A stretch of 63,949 nt of DNA, filler included, from Choristocarpus tenellus KU-1152 (taxonomy: Eukaryota > Protista > Phaeophyceae): NCBI GenBank assembly GCA_964200185.2. It is 12 parts of 12 records of this genome, joined end to end, with 100 filler letters (N's around TTAATTAATTAA, not from the genome) between each part and the next. Parts side by side here need not be neighbours in the genome. Positions count along the whole stretch, not along the records: positions 24,006 to 27,048 come from CAXNAD020022738.1; positions 27,149 to 31,804 come from CAXNAD020013603.1; positions 31,905 to 38,974 come from CAXNAD020006753.1; 9 more parts are not named here. One strand, written 5' to 3'. How positions within the stretch are numbered: the stretch's first letter is position 1; every line of letters starts with the position of its first letter. Both the position numbers and the translations under genes were made by a program. Below the pieces are notes generated by a model. The model searched no databases and had not been told where the DNA came from. It saw nothing but the letters and a program-made list of their open reading frames with translations. Of this stretch, positions 25,929 to 37,704 are shown piece after piece.

Positions 25929-26766
25929 ATGTCCAGCATTCGCTCAGCAACAACCCACCCGCCTGCCAATGGCGCTGCCCACGGATCGAGAACTTCAGAC
26001 AGCAACGCCAAGGGCATGTCCTCGCTCCTAGAACACCACTACCTCGGCACGTACCAGATGAAACTCGGCAACATCACATGCACGGAGATGGTGCATCCAC
26101 TGAGTGAGCGTGGCCTTGCTCGCATCAGCAAGTCAATCCGCGAAAAAGGCTGACTGGAGCAGTTTGCTTCGTCTGTCGTAATCCAACGAGACTGCTTAGG
26201 CAACGGGGACCCGCTCACTGCCGAAACTACGCTTGCCATTCAAGGACGAACACTGGATGGAAACCATAGAATAACGGTGCTGAAGAGAGAGCTTGATCCC
26301 GAACGCGCTTTCATGATGCAGGTCTACATGGAGTTCAACCAAGCAGAAGAGAGGCTAATTGCCAACGGTGGGTGATGGAGTACTGTCGTTGTTCCATGAT
26401 CGCCTCATGACTCTTCTGATCTACCAAGTTGTTGCTGAGTTTCCTTTGTTTGGTTCATCGTCAGTCAGCCCATTGATGATCTTTTCGTTGTTGATCTTTT
26501 TTATCCCTCATGGCCTTTCTGTTGGCAGCAACATGTTGCTCAGTACTGCATGCGGCATGTGTCCCGCGACCGCTTCCCACCTACCCATTGTCCCGTTCGC
26601 CCACTGCACCGCCACGCTTATAGCATTCAACGACGCGACCGAGAATGTGGTTGAGCGCACACTGTACGATAAGGTATATGTTCAGCGCGAGCTCGAAGAA
26701 CCTATCAAGCGCCAGACGAAGAAAAAAGAAGTGTCACTCGCAGAGATCCGCAAAATGGACAAAAAG
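25929..26766 (+). pseudogene. Intron-containing ParB/Srx-like N-terminal domain gene (exons 25929-26367, 26624-26766), one in-frame TGA, continuing off the contig
   Basis: Reading through the TGA at 26151: VHPLSERGLARISKSIREKG*LEQFASSVVI...TLDGNHRITVLK, matching the ParB-like L..SI...G.L..V...DGxHR pattern. A phase-1 intron G|GTGGGT...ATAG|CA gives LIANAFNDATENVVERTLYDKV. The next donor is AAG|GTGAGG at 26767. Confidence 0.68.
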
Positions 26767-27301
26767 GTGAGGAAGTTGTCAACGTTGGTGGAATGGTGGC
26801 GCTCTACTCTTCCTCTTGTTGGGTTACAGCTGTTGTGAAATCCCTCTGTGTCCTCCTATTCAACCTAAGTTGAGATAGTTATCCCGCGTTTAGCAACCCT
26901 GTCAAGCAATTTCTTGATTTTCGGGTGACCATGTAGTATGTGTGTGTGGTTAACCCCAGACGAACAATAAAAAGCGTCCTTGTTTGTTTTATCGACGGTG
27001 TTGCCTGAACCCCCCCCCCCACCCCACTACTACATTACCCCTTTTGGCNNNNNNNNNNNNNNNNNNNNNNNNNNNNNNNNNNNNNNNNNNNNTTAATTAA
27101 TTAANNNNNNNNNNNNNNNNNNNNNNNNNNNNNNNNNNNNNNNNNNNNCCCCCCCAGATACCTAGCAGATCTGCTAGGTGAATGAAGGTATCCCGGAAGA
27201 GTTCTGGGATGGCGGACGAAATGGAACAAGGACATTGTGCGTGCAGGATAGCAAAGCGAAGAAGGCTGTGTTCTTGAGTTTGGTAAAGGTCGGGACGTGG
27301 A

Positions 27302-27482
27302 GGCTGAGAGTATCTGGGAGGGAGTGGTGGCTGTCTATTCGGGGCCCATTTTCCATGTCGCGATTTTTGGGTGAATTTGGTTGCATGTGTTGGATGGATA
27401 ATGTATGTGCACTTCTCCTGGTAAGGGCCCGAATAGACACTCTGGTGTAGACCCCCCTCCCCCCCCTGATACACTTTGAGTC
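27302..27482. mobile_element. MITE family B copy
   Basis: GGCTGAGAGTATCTGG...GATACACTTTGAGTC with 4-bp TSD TGGA/TGGA. Confidence 0.85.
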
Positions 27483-27785
27483 TGGAGTGATATGTTTCCT
27501 CGCCCCTCAATCTGTGGCACATATTGACTGACTCTTATCCAAACCTATTATAGGTTGGTGGAGAAAAGACAAGGGGTGTGCTTTCAAAAATGTCCATGAC
27601 ATGAAGCAAGATATTTTTTTTTGTTAGATATATGAGTTCTTGGACCTTAGGCATAGTCTCCTATGATCAAGTTTGATAGTGTTTTAAATATGATAGGTTT
27701 ACCATCTTGATAGTGTTACGAGGCATGCATAGACGGTAAAGAAGTGAGAGTGTTGTCATACTTCACCACATATCCTGGGGATGTT

Positions 27786-28051
27786 GAGCGAAAGTATCTT
27801 AGAGGGTACGAGTTTAGCTGTTTGTTCATTTGGGGCTTGGCTTCCCATGGGTTCTTTTATGACATTTTCCTACTCCAAAATGTTTAGGAGTAGGTAAAAG
27901 GGTAAAAGTGTGTATGTTATGAAAGGTTGTGTCCAGAACATGGATATTGACACTTCCTAACAAACACGATAGCCAAAATTACATCAAAATCTCAACGTTG
28001 GATTTTGGTCCCCAAATAGACGCGGCTCTACCCTCTAAGATGTTTTGGCTC
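27786..28051. mobile_element. MITE family A copy
   Basis: GAGCGAAAGTATCTTAGAGGGTA...TACCCTCTAAGATGTTTTGGCTC; no clear TSD. Confidence 0.85.
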
Positions 28052-28589
28052 TCAATTTCCCTCTTCTGGAGTTGGTGAAATGTAAAAGAAATTATGGTGT
28101 GTCGGGTGTTTCTTAGGATCATATAATGGTAGAAGTGTGGGTGGTTGTCAAAAATGTTATACATTCACCCCTTGGCATTTTTTGAAGCTTCGTAGTGTGC
28201 AAAAACCGATCCTGATGCCATCTGTGTTCCTCTCAATGATCCTCAAGTTGTGGAAAGAGTGTCCTCTTGTGCGCCAAAGATCTGAGCGTTTCTGCCTTGA
28301 TCTACCATAACGTACTGACCTGACCTGCCATCAGCCCAGGCTAACAGATCCAAGGTCAAGACAGAACCTCTCAGAATTTTGTTTCACAAGAGGACACTCT
28401 TCCTACAAGACCAGTAGCATTGGGAGGAGCATGATATACTACCACCTCCTCAGCTATAGTTGATAAAATAAGGGTCAACAATGGAGTATAATTTTAGAGA
28501 CACACAATAATATAACCCTGATGTCAATACACAATACCAGGATGTTGTCTAAAATATCTGTATACCTCTCTTGAAGAAATGTACCCCCT

Positions 28590-29490
28590 TCACTTCATCA
28601 TGAACAAATCCGGTTCCAGCATAAAGAGGAAAAATCTACGATATGTACAAGGGAAATAAAAATGTACTGGCGACAAGACATAATTGGAAACTCCACAATG
28701 GGCTTCAAGAACTCGGTGGTGAGGTTCTCCAGAACGTGCTGCACAAACTCCTTGTCCTGGCTGGTGTCTTGGCTTAGGAACACAAAACTGTTCGCCCACG
28801 TCCATCCACCCCCAAGGCCTCCTTTCCTCTAGTCCTTCATCCACACAGCAGCCAGGAAAATCACAGTCAGGAAAAGATTGAAGAACTCCTGTTGGTTTAA
28901 GTCCTGGTGACTGTGACTGTACTGAGATTGGAAGTCTACCACGAGCACAGCCTACTTGTTACGTAGACGGGGTATGGACTGCTTGCACCAGTGCCCGGCC
29001 TGCCAACCACTGGTGTTGTGATACAGGAAGAAGTTCTTGTCAAAGTTCTTGAAGATGACTCTCCAACAAGTTTTGGAAATATCTCTGTATGTTTGAGTAG
29101 CACCTATAAGAAGAACATCATTCGACATTGTTGATGAGTAGGAGAGAACCTGTTTACAGTGAGTGGGGGAAAGACTCTTCTTTTGGAAGCTTGTAGGAAT
29201 AGGGGAGTCATCGCCTTGCGCTTCTTTTTGTGTTTCGTAGACCCTGTGTCTTCGTCTTCATTCTCCTTGGTTCTTATCCTCCTCGAGTTGGAGTTAGACT
29301 CTCCCCGCCATGCAAGTGGTGAGGATAAAGTCGTCGGTCATGAGATTGTTGGCCCTGGACTCGGTATACTTTACCTTGATCCTCTCCATCATTTCGTTCT
29401 TCATCACCCCGCTGGGGGTGTTGAGGGCAATACAAGAAGACAGTGCATTGGCACGGCACGTATGTTGGATCTCTGTTTCTAAACTGTTTG
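28590..29490 (-). mobile_element. Second Sola2-type transposase relic, related to 4160-5420
   Basis: Minus-strand fragments TPSG..K..M...I..KY....ANNLMTDDFILTTCMAGE, DFQSQYSHSHQDLNQQEFFNLF and SQDTSQDKEFVQHVLE align with TPSGTTKDDMIKLITEKYAELWADNLMTDDLIIAKCMVGE, DFSAHLQHNHQDLTQQEFFNLF and SEDRSQDNEFVQNAVE of the first copy. Confidence 0.78.
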
Positions 29491-30061
29491 TAACATGAAA
29501 AAATGTGGGTCTGAACGTTTACCTTTTATTTGCTTTGGTTTGTGTTTCTGAATTAGGTAACCGTTACACGCTCGTATTCTGTCTTTATTAGATACGCGAT
29601 ATTGATACTGGAGTTAAGTTTGTGGATTTTGTTCGTACAGCTGTTGATCGGCACATAATTGGCAAAGTCGGTTTCCCAGTTGCCAACAAGTACCTTGGTC
29701 TAGCTATGAATGCTTCGAAATCACAAGCTTTGGATCAATAATTGGATCAAAAAATATGTTTTGACATAGCCAGAGCCCAGTTGATGCACGCAGATGCACA
29801 CAAATACGAACATAATATACTAGGGGAGAATACTTTGTTCACCTCAACAACATTTTTTCCTCTGCTGCAGAGGGAGCTCAATTACCCAACACTATGCAGT
29901 GTATCACATAGACAATCGTCCTCATTACATAATTTATGTTGGGATGTATCAAACTTCTTCAGATCTACTTGCTTCATTTCCATATAGTGCCAAGGTTAAC
30001 GAAAGGTAACCCGTTTTTGGCAGTTTTGAGTTTCAAATCGCTCTTTATATACCCTCCGTCA

Positions 30062-30318
30062 GAGTCAAAGTACCTTAGAAGGCAGAGCCGTGTCTATTTG
30101 GGGCCAAAATCGAATCTTGCGATTTTGATGTAATTTTGGCTATCGTGTTTGTTAGGAAGTGTCATTATCCTTGTTCTGGACGCACCTTTCCATAACGTAT
30201 ACATTTTACCTACTCCAAAATGTTTCGGAGTACGAAAAAGTAATAAAAAAAACGTGGGAAGCCAAGCCCCAAACGGACAAACTGGGCAAAACTCGTCCCC
30301 CCTAAGATACTTTCACTC
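30062..30318. mobile_element. MITE family A copy
   Basis: GAGTCAAAGTACCTTAG...CTAAGATACTTTCACTC with perfect 4-bp TSD GTCA/GTCA. Confidence 0.9.
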
Positions 30319-30731
30319 GTCAATCACACACATATCCTAGAGAAATGCACTAGTTTCGACCTAGGGGGGTAGATTTTCACCTTGTTTTGAACTTTCGAAG
30401 ATTGATGCACTATTTTGATGTAGATATTCCCAAAAAACACGGAATTTGAAACTAGCTTATTATCATCCTTTTGCAGCTCGAGTGTACCTCTTGTTTGCTA
30501 CCCCAACCCTCCCTGTATACCGTACTCGCCACTATATATAAAAATTCGGCATATGTCTATATGAAAAGGTCGTTTCGGTAGTATACTTCACCATACTTAA
30601 ATCAATGAAACCATTAATTTAATTCATCACGAAAAAATAAAAATAATGACACAAATCAATGACCGCGTATTTTCCATACTTCTTCAACTGAAGGATATGA
30701 AGGTAGGTACATGCAGGTCTATAAAATACAC

Positions 30732-30822
30732 TATCCATCCGACACAAGCGACCAAATCGCCCAAAAATCGTGACATGGCAAGATGGGCCCCAAATGGACA
30801 ACCGCCACCCCCTCCCAGATAC
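30732..30822. mobile_element. MITE family B partial copy (other partial copies or termini at 31905-32004, 54997-55039, 63927-63949)
   Basis: TATCCATCCGACAC..GC.ACCAAATC.CC.AAAA.TC..GACATG...CCCAAATGGACA...CCCAGATAC matches the family B arm. Confidence 0.75.
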
Positions 30823-30923
30823 AAACCACAGCATTGTGGTTTTGAACCAGACAAAAGTGGTGAGATATGAACTGACAAACTAACCTTCCTTTGTGTGACA
30901 ACTGTATTTTTGTAATCCTACCT

Positions 30924-31182
30924 GAGCCAAAGTATCTTGGAGGGTAGACCCGCGTCCGTTTGGCGACCAAAATACAATGTTGAAATTTTGATGTAATTTT
31001 GGCTATCGTGTTTGTTAGGAAGCGTCAATATCCTTGTTCCAGACACACCTTTTCATAAAATTAACATCTTACCTACGTCGAAACATTTCGGAGTAGGTAA
31101 ATTGTCATAAAGAACCTGTGGGAAGCCACGCCCCAAACGGACAAACAGGGCAAAATTCCTACCCTCTGAGATACTTTCACTC
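30924..31182. mobile_element. MITE family A copy
   Basis: GAGCCAAAGTATCTTGGAGGGTA...TACCCTCTGAGATACTTTCACTC with perfect 4-bp TSD ACCT/ACCT. Confidence 0.9.
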
Positions 31183-32751
31183 ACCTATTCCTGACCTATG
31201 GTCAGGGATACTACCCATTGCACTGCAATATGTTTGTGTGAACTAACTGTTGCAAAAAGGGTAATTGCACTGCCCCTTTTCCCTTCGTTTTTTCTCATGC
31301 ATGGATCCACCCATCGCAATGCTTGTCACTTCACCTCTCCCTCAAATCTCGTGCAGTATTCGCTTCATTGCAATTAGACTTTGCCACCACGTAAGAGGTT
31401 TTCCATGTTATTACTTTTTGGCGTCCACTCAGATGACGTGAAATCACTACAAGCAAGTGCACAATTGACCTCGAATGGACGCCCAGTCCTCCCTCTAAGA
31501 TACTATTCAACCAGTTCAGCGACAGAAGAGGAGGGTACCGATGTACCTCTTTGGTTATACTTGCCATATGATTCTATTGAAATAAGAGTTCCTTGAAAAG
31601 CAAATCCGTGCATTCCATTGACGGAACCTGGTAAGACTACAATTTCAGTCAGAGAAATGCTAAAAATATCTCGTAGGCTATCTTTTGTAATTCTTTACAC
31701 TTTTTTATTGGGGATCATCCCCATCCATGGTCAGAGACACCACATGTTGTCCTACTTCTGCGTCAAAGTATCTGGGGGGCGGCGTGCCCGCGTCCGCTTT
31801 TCTCNNNNNNNNNNNNNNNNNNNNNNNNNNNNNNNNNNNNNNNNNNNNTTAATTAATTAANNNNNNNNNNNNNNNNNNNNNNNNNNNNNNNNNNNNNNNN
31901 NNNNTATCCATCTGATGTATGCAACCAAATCACCTAAAAATCACGACATGAAAAAAATTGATCCCAAATGGACAGCTGCCACCCCCTCCCAGATACTTTG
32001 AGCCAATCGCTCCCAAAAACTACTAGACCAATTCCAACGATTGTCAATGCCAGTTGCTCTTGTTGTCTGAGGGTTAGGGTTAGACTTGGTGGATGGGGGA
32101 AAAAAGCTCTTAGGGTTAGGGTTAACCCTAACCCTTAATTGACACTGTGTCTATTAACCCAAACGTTACCATCACGCCCTCCCACTCATCAAACTAACAC
32201 AAAATTTTGTTCTTGTACAATGTTCTTGTTAATAAGAATATTACAAAGAATGATAATATCAATACTGAATATTATCAATTACTTCTCTTCACAACTCCCT
32301 AGCCCTAAGATTGTACACATCGAGGGAATGGAGTCAAAGGGTTAGGGTTAGAACACACTTGTTGATAAAAGGGTTAGGGTTAGAGCACACTTCTCGACGG
32401 AAAAAGAAAAAGGAAGACTCAATGACAAGTTTGTGCTTTGATTACAGTAGGGGTACCTCCTTGAAAAATTAATACCTTCACTTTCCCTCACTTTCCCTCA
32501 CATTCCCCCACTTTTTGTGTTACTCACTACGGAAGATGTGTAAACTAAACTGTCTATGATGTGTAAACTAAACTGTCGATATAACTGTCTATACCACGAT
32601 TCATGTCGAAGCTGCTTGTGCAATCCCACTAACCCCCTGCTAACTGCATGCCATCATCCACATCCTCATACACACCACAAAACATGCCCCCTCCAAAGGT
32701 GTCACAAAGTCATTGCATTATGTCAGTTCAAGAACATTTTTCTTCTTCCCA

Positions 32752-32866
32752 GCCTCCACCCCATCTATAACCCTAACCCTAACCTCCACCCCATCTATAA
32801 CCCTAACCCTAACCTCCACCCCATCTATAACCCTAACCCTAACCTCCACCCCATCTATAACCCTAA
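32752..32866. repeat. 30-bp minisatellite (~3.8 copies) containing telomere-type hexamers
   Basis: CCTCCACCCCATCTATAACCCTAACCCTAA repeated in tandem. Confidence 0.92.
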
Positions 32867-32934
32867 CACCACATATCTATCCTCCTCTCCCCCTCGCCTC
32901 TACTCTGCTCTCAATAAAAAATAAAAATACTTGC

Positions 32935-35900
32935 CTCGGTGCCTCCCTCCGCTAAGAGACTTCGAACCCTTCAAAGGTGTCTTCCGAGCCACAACAAAAC
33001 CTCGACCTATATGCATCTCCCTCGTACCCAACCCCACAGGCGACCTATATGCATCTCCTTGCATCCTCACTAGACATGGCCCTGAGATGGCAGGGGACTC
33101 TTCCACAGCAATCGTTTTTTGAGATTGGATGTGGACATTGTTGCCTCCATCATTGTCGCTTTCACCCTCACCCCCACCCGACAGGTCAACGATGGGAGGC
33201 GCAACAGTCACATCTTCCCTCAGACTGGGTATATGGGAAAGAACTGTAGGTGGTGCCTGGGAAACAGGAGTTTCAGCCGCAAGAGCTGTCAACGGAAACT
33301 GTGCAGGACTTTGCCTATCAAAACGTAACAGGGGTTCAATCATCGAAGAACCCAGCGCCAGAAGAGGTGACAACTGACGAGAAGAGGTGCTCGTCTGCCC
33401 CTTAGCAACGTGAGTGACAGGACTACCCTCTTCATTGCTGTCAGAGTCATCGCTGACGAGTACAATAGGTGACACTTTAGAGCTACCACCGTTAGTTGCA
33501 ACTACTACATTACCTAACCTGCTTCCTGTCGAGAATGACGATGATATCCCCACGGATAACCCTGTTTCACCAACCGCTGACACTGTTGGTTCTTCCCTGC
33601 TGATCACTGTTGTGTGAGACACAGCCAATGGGAGTGATGTCCCCAACACAGGGCTTGAGATTATATCAGGGCCAGGGCCAGGCATGGACGGTTCCTCCGT
33701 AAACGAAGACATTGAGACCATAGCAGCAACAGACACGGGTGCTATTGCAGGAGTAGGCCGTATTGAGTCCAAGCGTTCTCTAGGCCCTGAGTAGACAGAG
33801 GGCAAAGGGGATTGGATTGAATCTCGAAGCAAAATTGACTCTTGTGACAGTTGCCCAACGTCCTTGCTGGAATGTTCCTGACCTCTAGAACCTATTGGAA
33901 CCTCTCCAGGGAGCTGGTTTGTTGTCTCTGTGGGAAACGACTTCATTTTCTGAAAAAAATGACAGATGCACAAAAAGAGGTTGGGTTGTGTGCGGACTGG
34001 GTGGGTGTGGTGGAGAGGATTGAGAGTGCACACGATGTGCACCTATTTCAATAATAGTTTAATAGTACCTTGGTTGAGTGTAGACATGGTTCTACGATAA
34101 AATGCTAGTGACGGATTGGGGAAGAAAAATCACATAGGGTTAAGGTTGTTCAGAGTTCTGGTCACTGTCGACACCGATGCCCTAACCCTAACCCTAACCC
34201 TTAATTCGCTTCCATCCACACACAAACCATGCTTGAATGAAACCCTTCCAAATTCTAAACGGCACTAGAGGTGATAGCTTCAATATATACACACACGCAA
34301 TGAAAGCAGAAATGTTCTATTTGACGTCAGCCACCGTACAGCCTTCACGACCTCTTGGATCAATTCGCCAAACCCTTTTAAGGGTCTGATTATAGTTGTC
34401 ATGAGGGAAAATAGACTCAAAATACAAAACAAGTCTCACCACACCACACCACAATCACAATCACAATCACACCCTTTACCCTGCCTCACAATATGAACAG
34501 TGTTTCTTGCCCATTGGTCTAAGTTGTACAGGTACTCGTCCCCTCTGATTTTCCCCCTCTCCTCAGCTTCATCCTCCGTGAGAAGCTCTCCTAAGTAGCA
34601 AAGGACAAAGGTACCAGCAGGCACAGGATCAAGGCATCGCAGACCCCAGCCCATATCCTTTTGTTTGCAGCGGAAGACCTGTGTTAGGGGAGTGACACAT
34701 CAACAGGGCTGTATTCATAGTAGAGGCTAGGGCTAGGGATTAGGGCTAGGGTTAGGGTTACAGATTAACACAGTTAGGGTTGGGGTTACGGGGGATTAAA
34801 TATATTATAATTATAACTATAGTATTTCAGTTGTGGCAGAGGTTAGATACAAATATATATATATATATATATATATATGCAGGATTAAGGTTAGGGATCA
34901 TAGATTGGTTTGGGATATGTTTAAAGGTTAGAATTGCGATATTAATAGTACCTGGGTTAGGGCCAGGTTTAAAGATGATACTTGGGTTAGGGTTAGGGTT
35001 AAAGGTGAGACTTGTGACATCAAGGGTTAGGGTTAGGTTTAAAGATGAGACTTATGATATCAATAGTACCTGCAAACGGAGAGAGACCCCTAGCTGAGCA
35101 ACTCTGTTCTGGCAGAGGCGTGGATTGCAAGCACACCTGAAGAAAAAAGGAGAAATAAACCCATTGGAGACAACATCAACATACAGGACTAGGGGTTTGG
35201 GGCATGGGGGAGACACCCTAGATGGTGTTTGTTTTGTTTCTGAGTGGGGACCACGCACTAGGGTTAGGGTTAGGACTAAAACAGAATAATGTTGGGTGAG
35301 ATCAGGTGTCCTCTTAGTGATAAGGCCAACATAGTGCAGCATCTCTGTTCATTCCAAACCACCTTGTACAGCTGATATAATTCATAGCATTCTTAGGGAC
35401 GCTACTATTGTATGGTAATCTCATTCCACTACACACCAAAATAAAGGACAAGGTAGAGATCATCACCCTGTGTCATCTCTACTATTCAGATCAGGGTCAA
35501 TTGCATCAACTGAAAACGAAGTCCTCACTTCTAATACGAGCTCCAATATGATACCTCCAATGAATAACTGGTGCTGTAAGGACATGATATATATGAGACA
35601 TGAGACACGAGACACGAGACATGAGACTTAGGGTTACTAACAAGAAAAAAATAAATAACATCGAAGTGGAGGCACTATAACCAAACATATATATTAAAAA
35701 AAAGAAGAAAAGTTTGGAACACGTCGATTAGTACATAGTACATACTATTCTTGGTGACTACTATAGTCTATCCCAATGGATTAATATGAAATGGGGCTCG
35801 TTCCTGCCAATACTGGGCTGACTGATGGGAAGGCATAGACTATATGGCCAAGGAACATCAAAATACCAGTACCAGTGACAGTGACAGTGACAAGTTTTTA

Positions 35901-37704
35901 GTTTTTTTCACTCAAATACAAAAAAAAGACGGTGAGAGGGGAAACAACTTCATATTTACACATCACACGCCATCGAACACCACAGCACAACTGTCACAAC
36001 TGTCTAATAAATTATATTTATGTTTGATACATTTTCACGACCGGAGTCTTTCAATACTACTTTGCATATCACACTTGAATAGCTTCAGTAAAAATACAGT
36101 CCTACTCCAGTTCAATACAAAAACAAGAGACTTGGGAACACATTATTGTTCTGCCATGCACTTTTCAACTGCAGAATATTCACACTTTATTTTCAACATA
36201 ATGTCTTGGGCTACTACGATTAATAGTCTCCCTAACCCTAAGAAAAACAAGTCCTCATTACAAACAACCTCTTAAGCTAACCCTAACCCTACCCCTACCC
36301 CCAACCCTAATCATTGTAAGTAACATACTGCCTAACCTACTACAAACCAAACAAAACCAGATCTAACCCTCACCCTAACCTCATTTCCCACCTATCTTTT
36401 CCGATACAATCCAATTGGCTACACAACCTGACCACCACACTTGCCTGGGGTTACACTCATAAATAGCCACCCGGTCATCGATCAACTTGCCCTCCCTGTT
36501 GAATGGTGAAAAATTACTTGAATTTCGCATACTCCTTTTTAGCCACATTCCCCTTCCCCTTCCCCTCCCAATACCTCTGCCTCTGCCTCTCTCTTTGCCT
36601 CGTCCCCTTCCAGAGCCTTTGGGTCTGCCCCTCCCCCTGCCCCTCCCCCTGCCCCCACCAGCCGAAGCTTTCTCCACCTTGAGATTGTGGGCCGATTCTT
36701 CAAGAGAAGTCTCCTTTTCACTGGACATTTTGATACAGGCACACTTCAACGGGTTTTGGCACCCGTCTGTGCAATCGCAGCACGCCTTCACAGCTCACAA
36801 GGAAAACCCCACGTGCATAGCCATACCATGAGAGTTCAAGGTTCAAGTCAGAAACCCAAAGTCATCAAAGTCATCCAACACGAATTAGGAGTTGGGGAAG
36901 CGGGAGGGAAGACTCTGGACCTGTAACCCTAACCCTAACTCAATATTGATATAGCGACAAAAAATGCTGCACCTTTTAACATCGAAAAGAGTAGTGCACT
37001 TCCAAAATATACCTCTTGAATGGCTTGTACCCTTTTTCAGCGCATGTCCATAAATAACCCTAACCCTAAACTTCAAGATGAAAAAAGAAACAAAGGTATT
37101 CACTATTAACACTGCGACTCCAGCAGGGCAAGTCATTGTTAGGGTTAGGGTCAGAAATTGCATTGGTGTTTATAGGGTTAGCAATACCTTCATGCTGTCT
37201 ATGAAACGACTACTCTAGTACAATAATAATAAAAAAGTGTTGGTTTACATCACTGTCAGTGCATAACTAACCCTAACCCTAACCACTTTTGGCAAAAGCA
37301 ACTCTTTCCCCCCCCTTTTGTAAGCACTCAGTAAGGTTTGAGCTCTTCCAAGTACATTAGACAATATATAGCCCTAACACCTAAAAAATACACAACGTAC
37401 TGAATGTCCCCGACCCTAACCCTAACCCTAACCCTGTAGAGCTTCAGCAAGACTTGAAAAAAAAAGACTCACAGGTGCACATCATACACATATTGAACAA
37501 GGGATTTTTTCCAACAAAATGATTCTTCCCGACAATGCTAACCCTAACCCTAACCCTAACGATTCTTCAAAAAAATACAAAAAATATATATATTTTCCTC
37601 ACCATAAACTGCAGGTCATTTCTTTGATTGACCCCTAACCCTGCCACAGGCCTCGTGATGTACGTGAAGAACGGAACCTCCTCATCATCCACATCATTAA
37701 ACGC
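32935..37704 (-). CDS. Partial pre-SET/SET histone-lysine methyltransferase, SUV39/SETDB-like (exons 37704-37603, 36785-36445, 35136-35070, 34678-34490, 33949-~32935)
   Basis: Spliced frame: AFNDVDDEEVPFFTYIT...FM-ACCDCTDGCQNPLKCAC...IYECNPR-CACNPRLCQNRVAQLGVSLRLQ-VFRCKQKDMGWGLRCLDPVPAGTFVLCYLGELLTEDEAEERG..GDEYLYNLD-(~340 aa low-complexity). This covers the pre-SET Cys cluster and the SET N-half. The NHSC/post-SET half and the 5' exons were not found on this contig. Confidence 0.88.

Noticed and set aside
26151-26153. Selenocysteine or recoded TGA in the ParB-like gene
   Set aside because: The position fits Trp (TGG to TGA transition) in a decaying element, no SECIS is evident, and TGA acts as stop in TTC1.
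32070-32420. True chromosome telomere
   Set aside because: Tracts are only 2-4 units, in mixed orientation and internal to the contig.
36487-36831. Pro/Leu-repeat ORF (PLPLPL)
   Set aside because: Antisense reading of the RG-repeat exon of the SET gene.
36885-36920. Candidate SET-gene exon after TTACAG acceptor
   Set aside because: It reaches a stop within 12 codons in the required phase; the acceptor at 36786 gives the conserved pre-SET sequence.
10231-37704. Chromatin/regulatory gene cluster (Zn2Cys6 + ParB-like + SET)
   Set aside because: The genes are on different contigs joined artificially, so there is no evidence of physical linkage.
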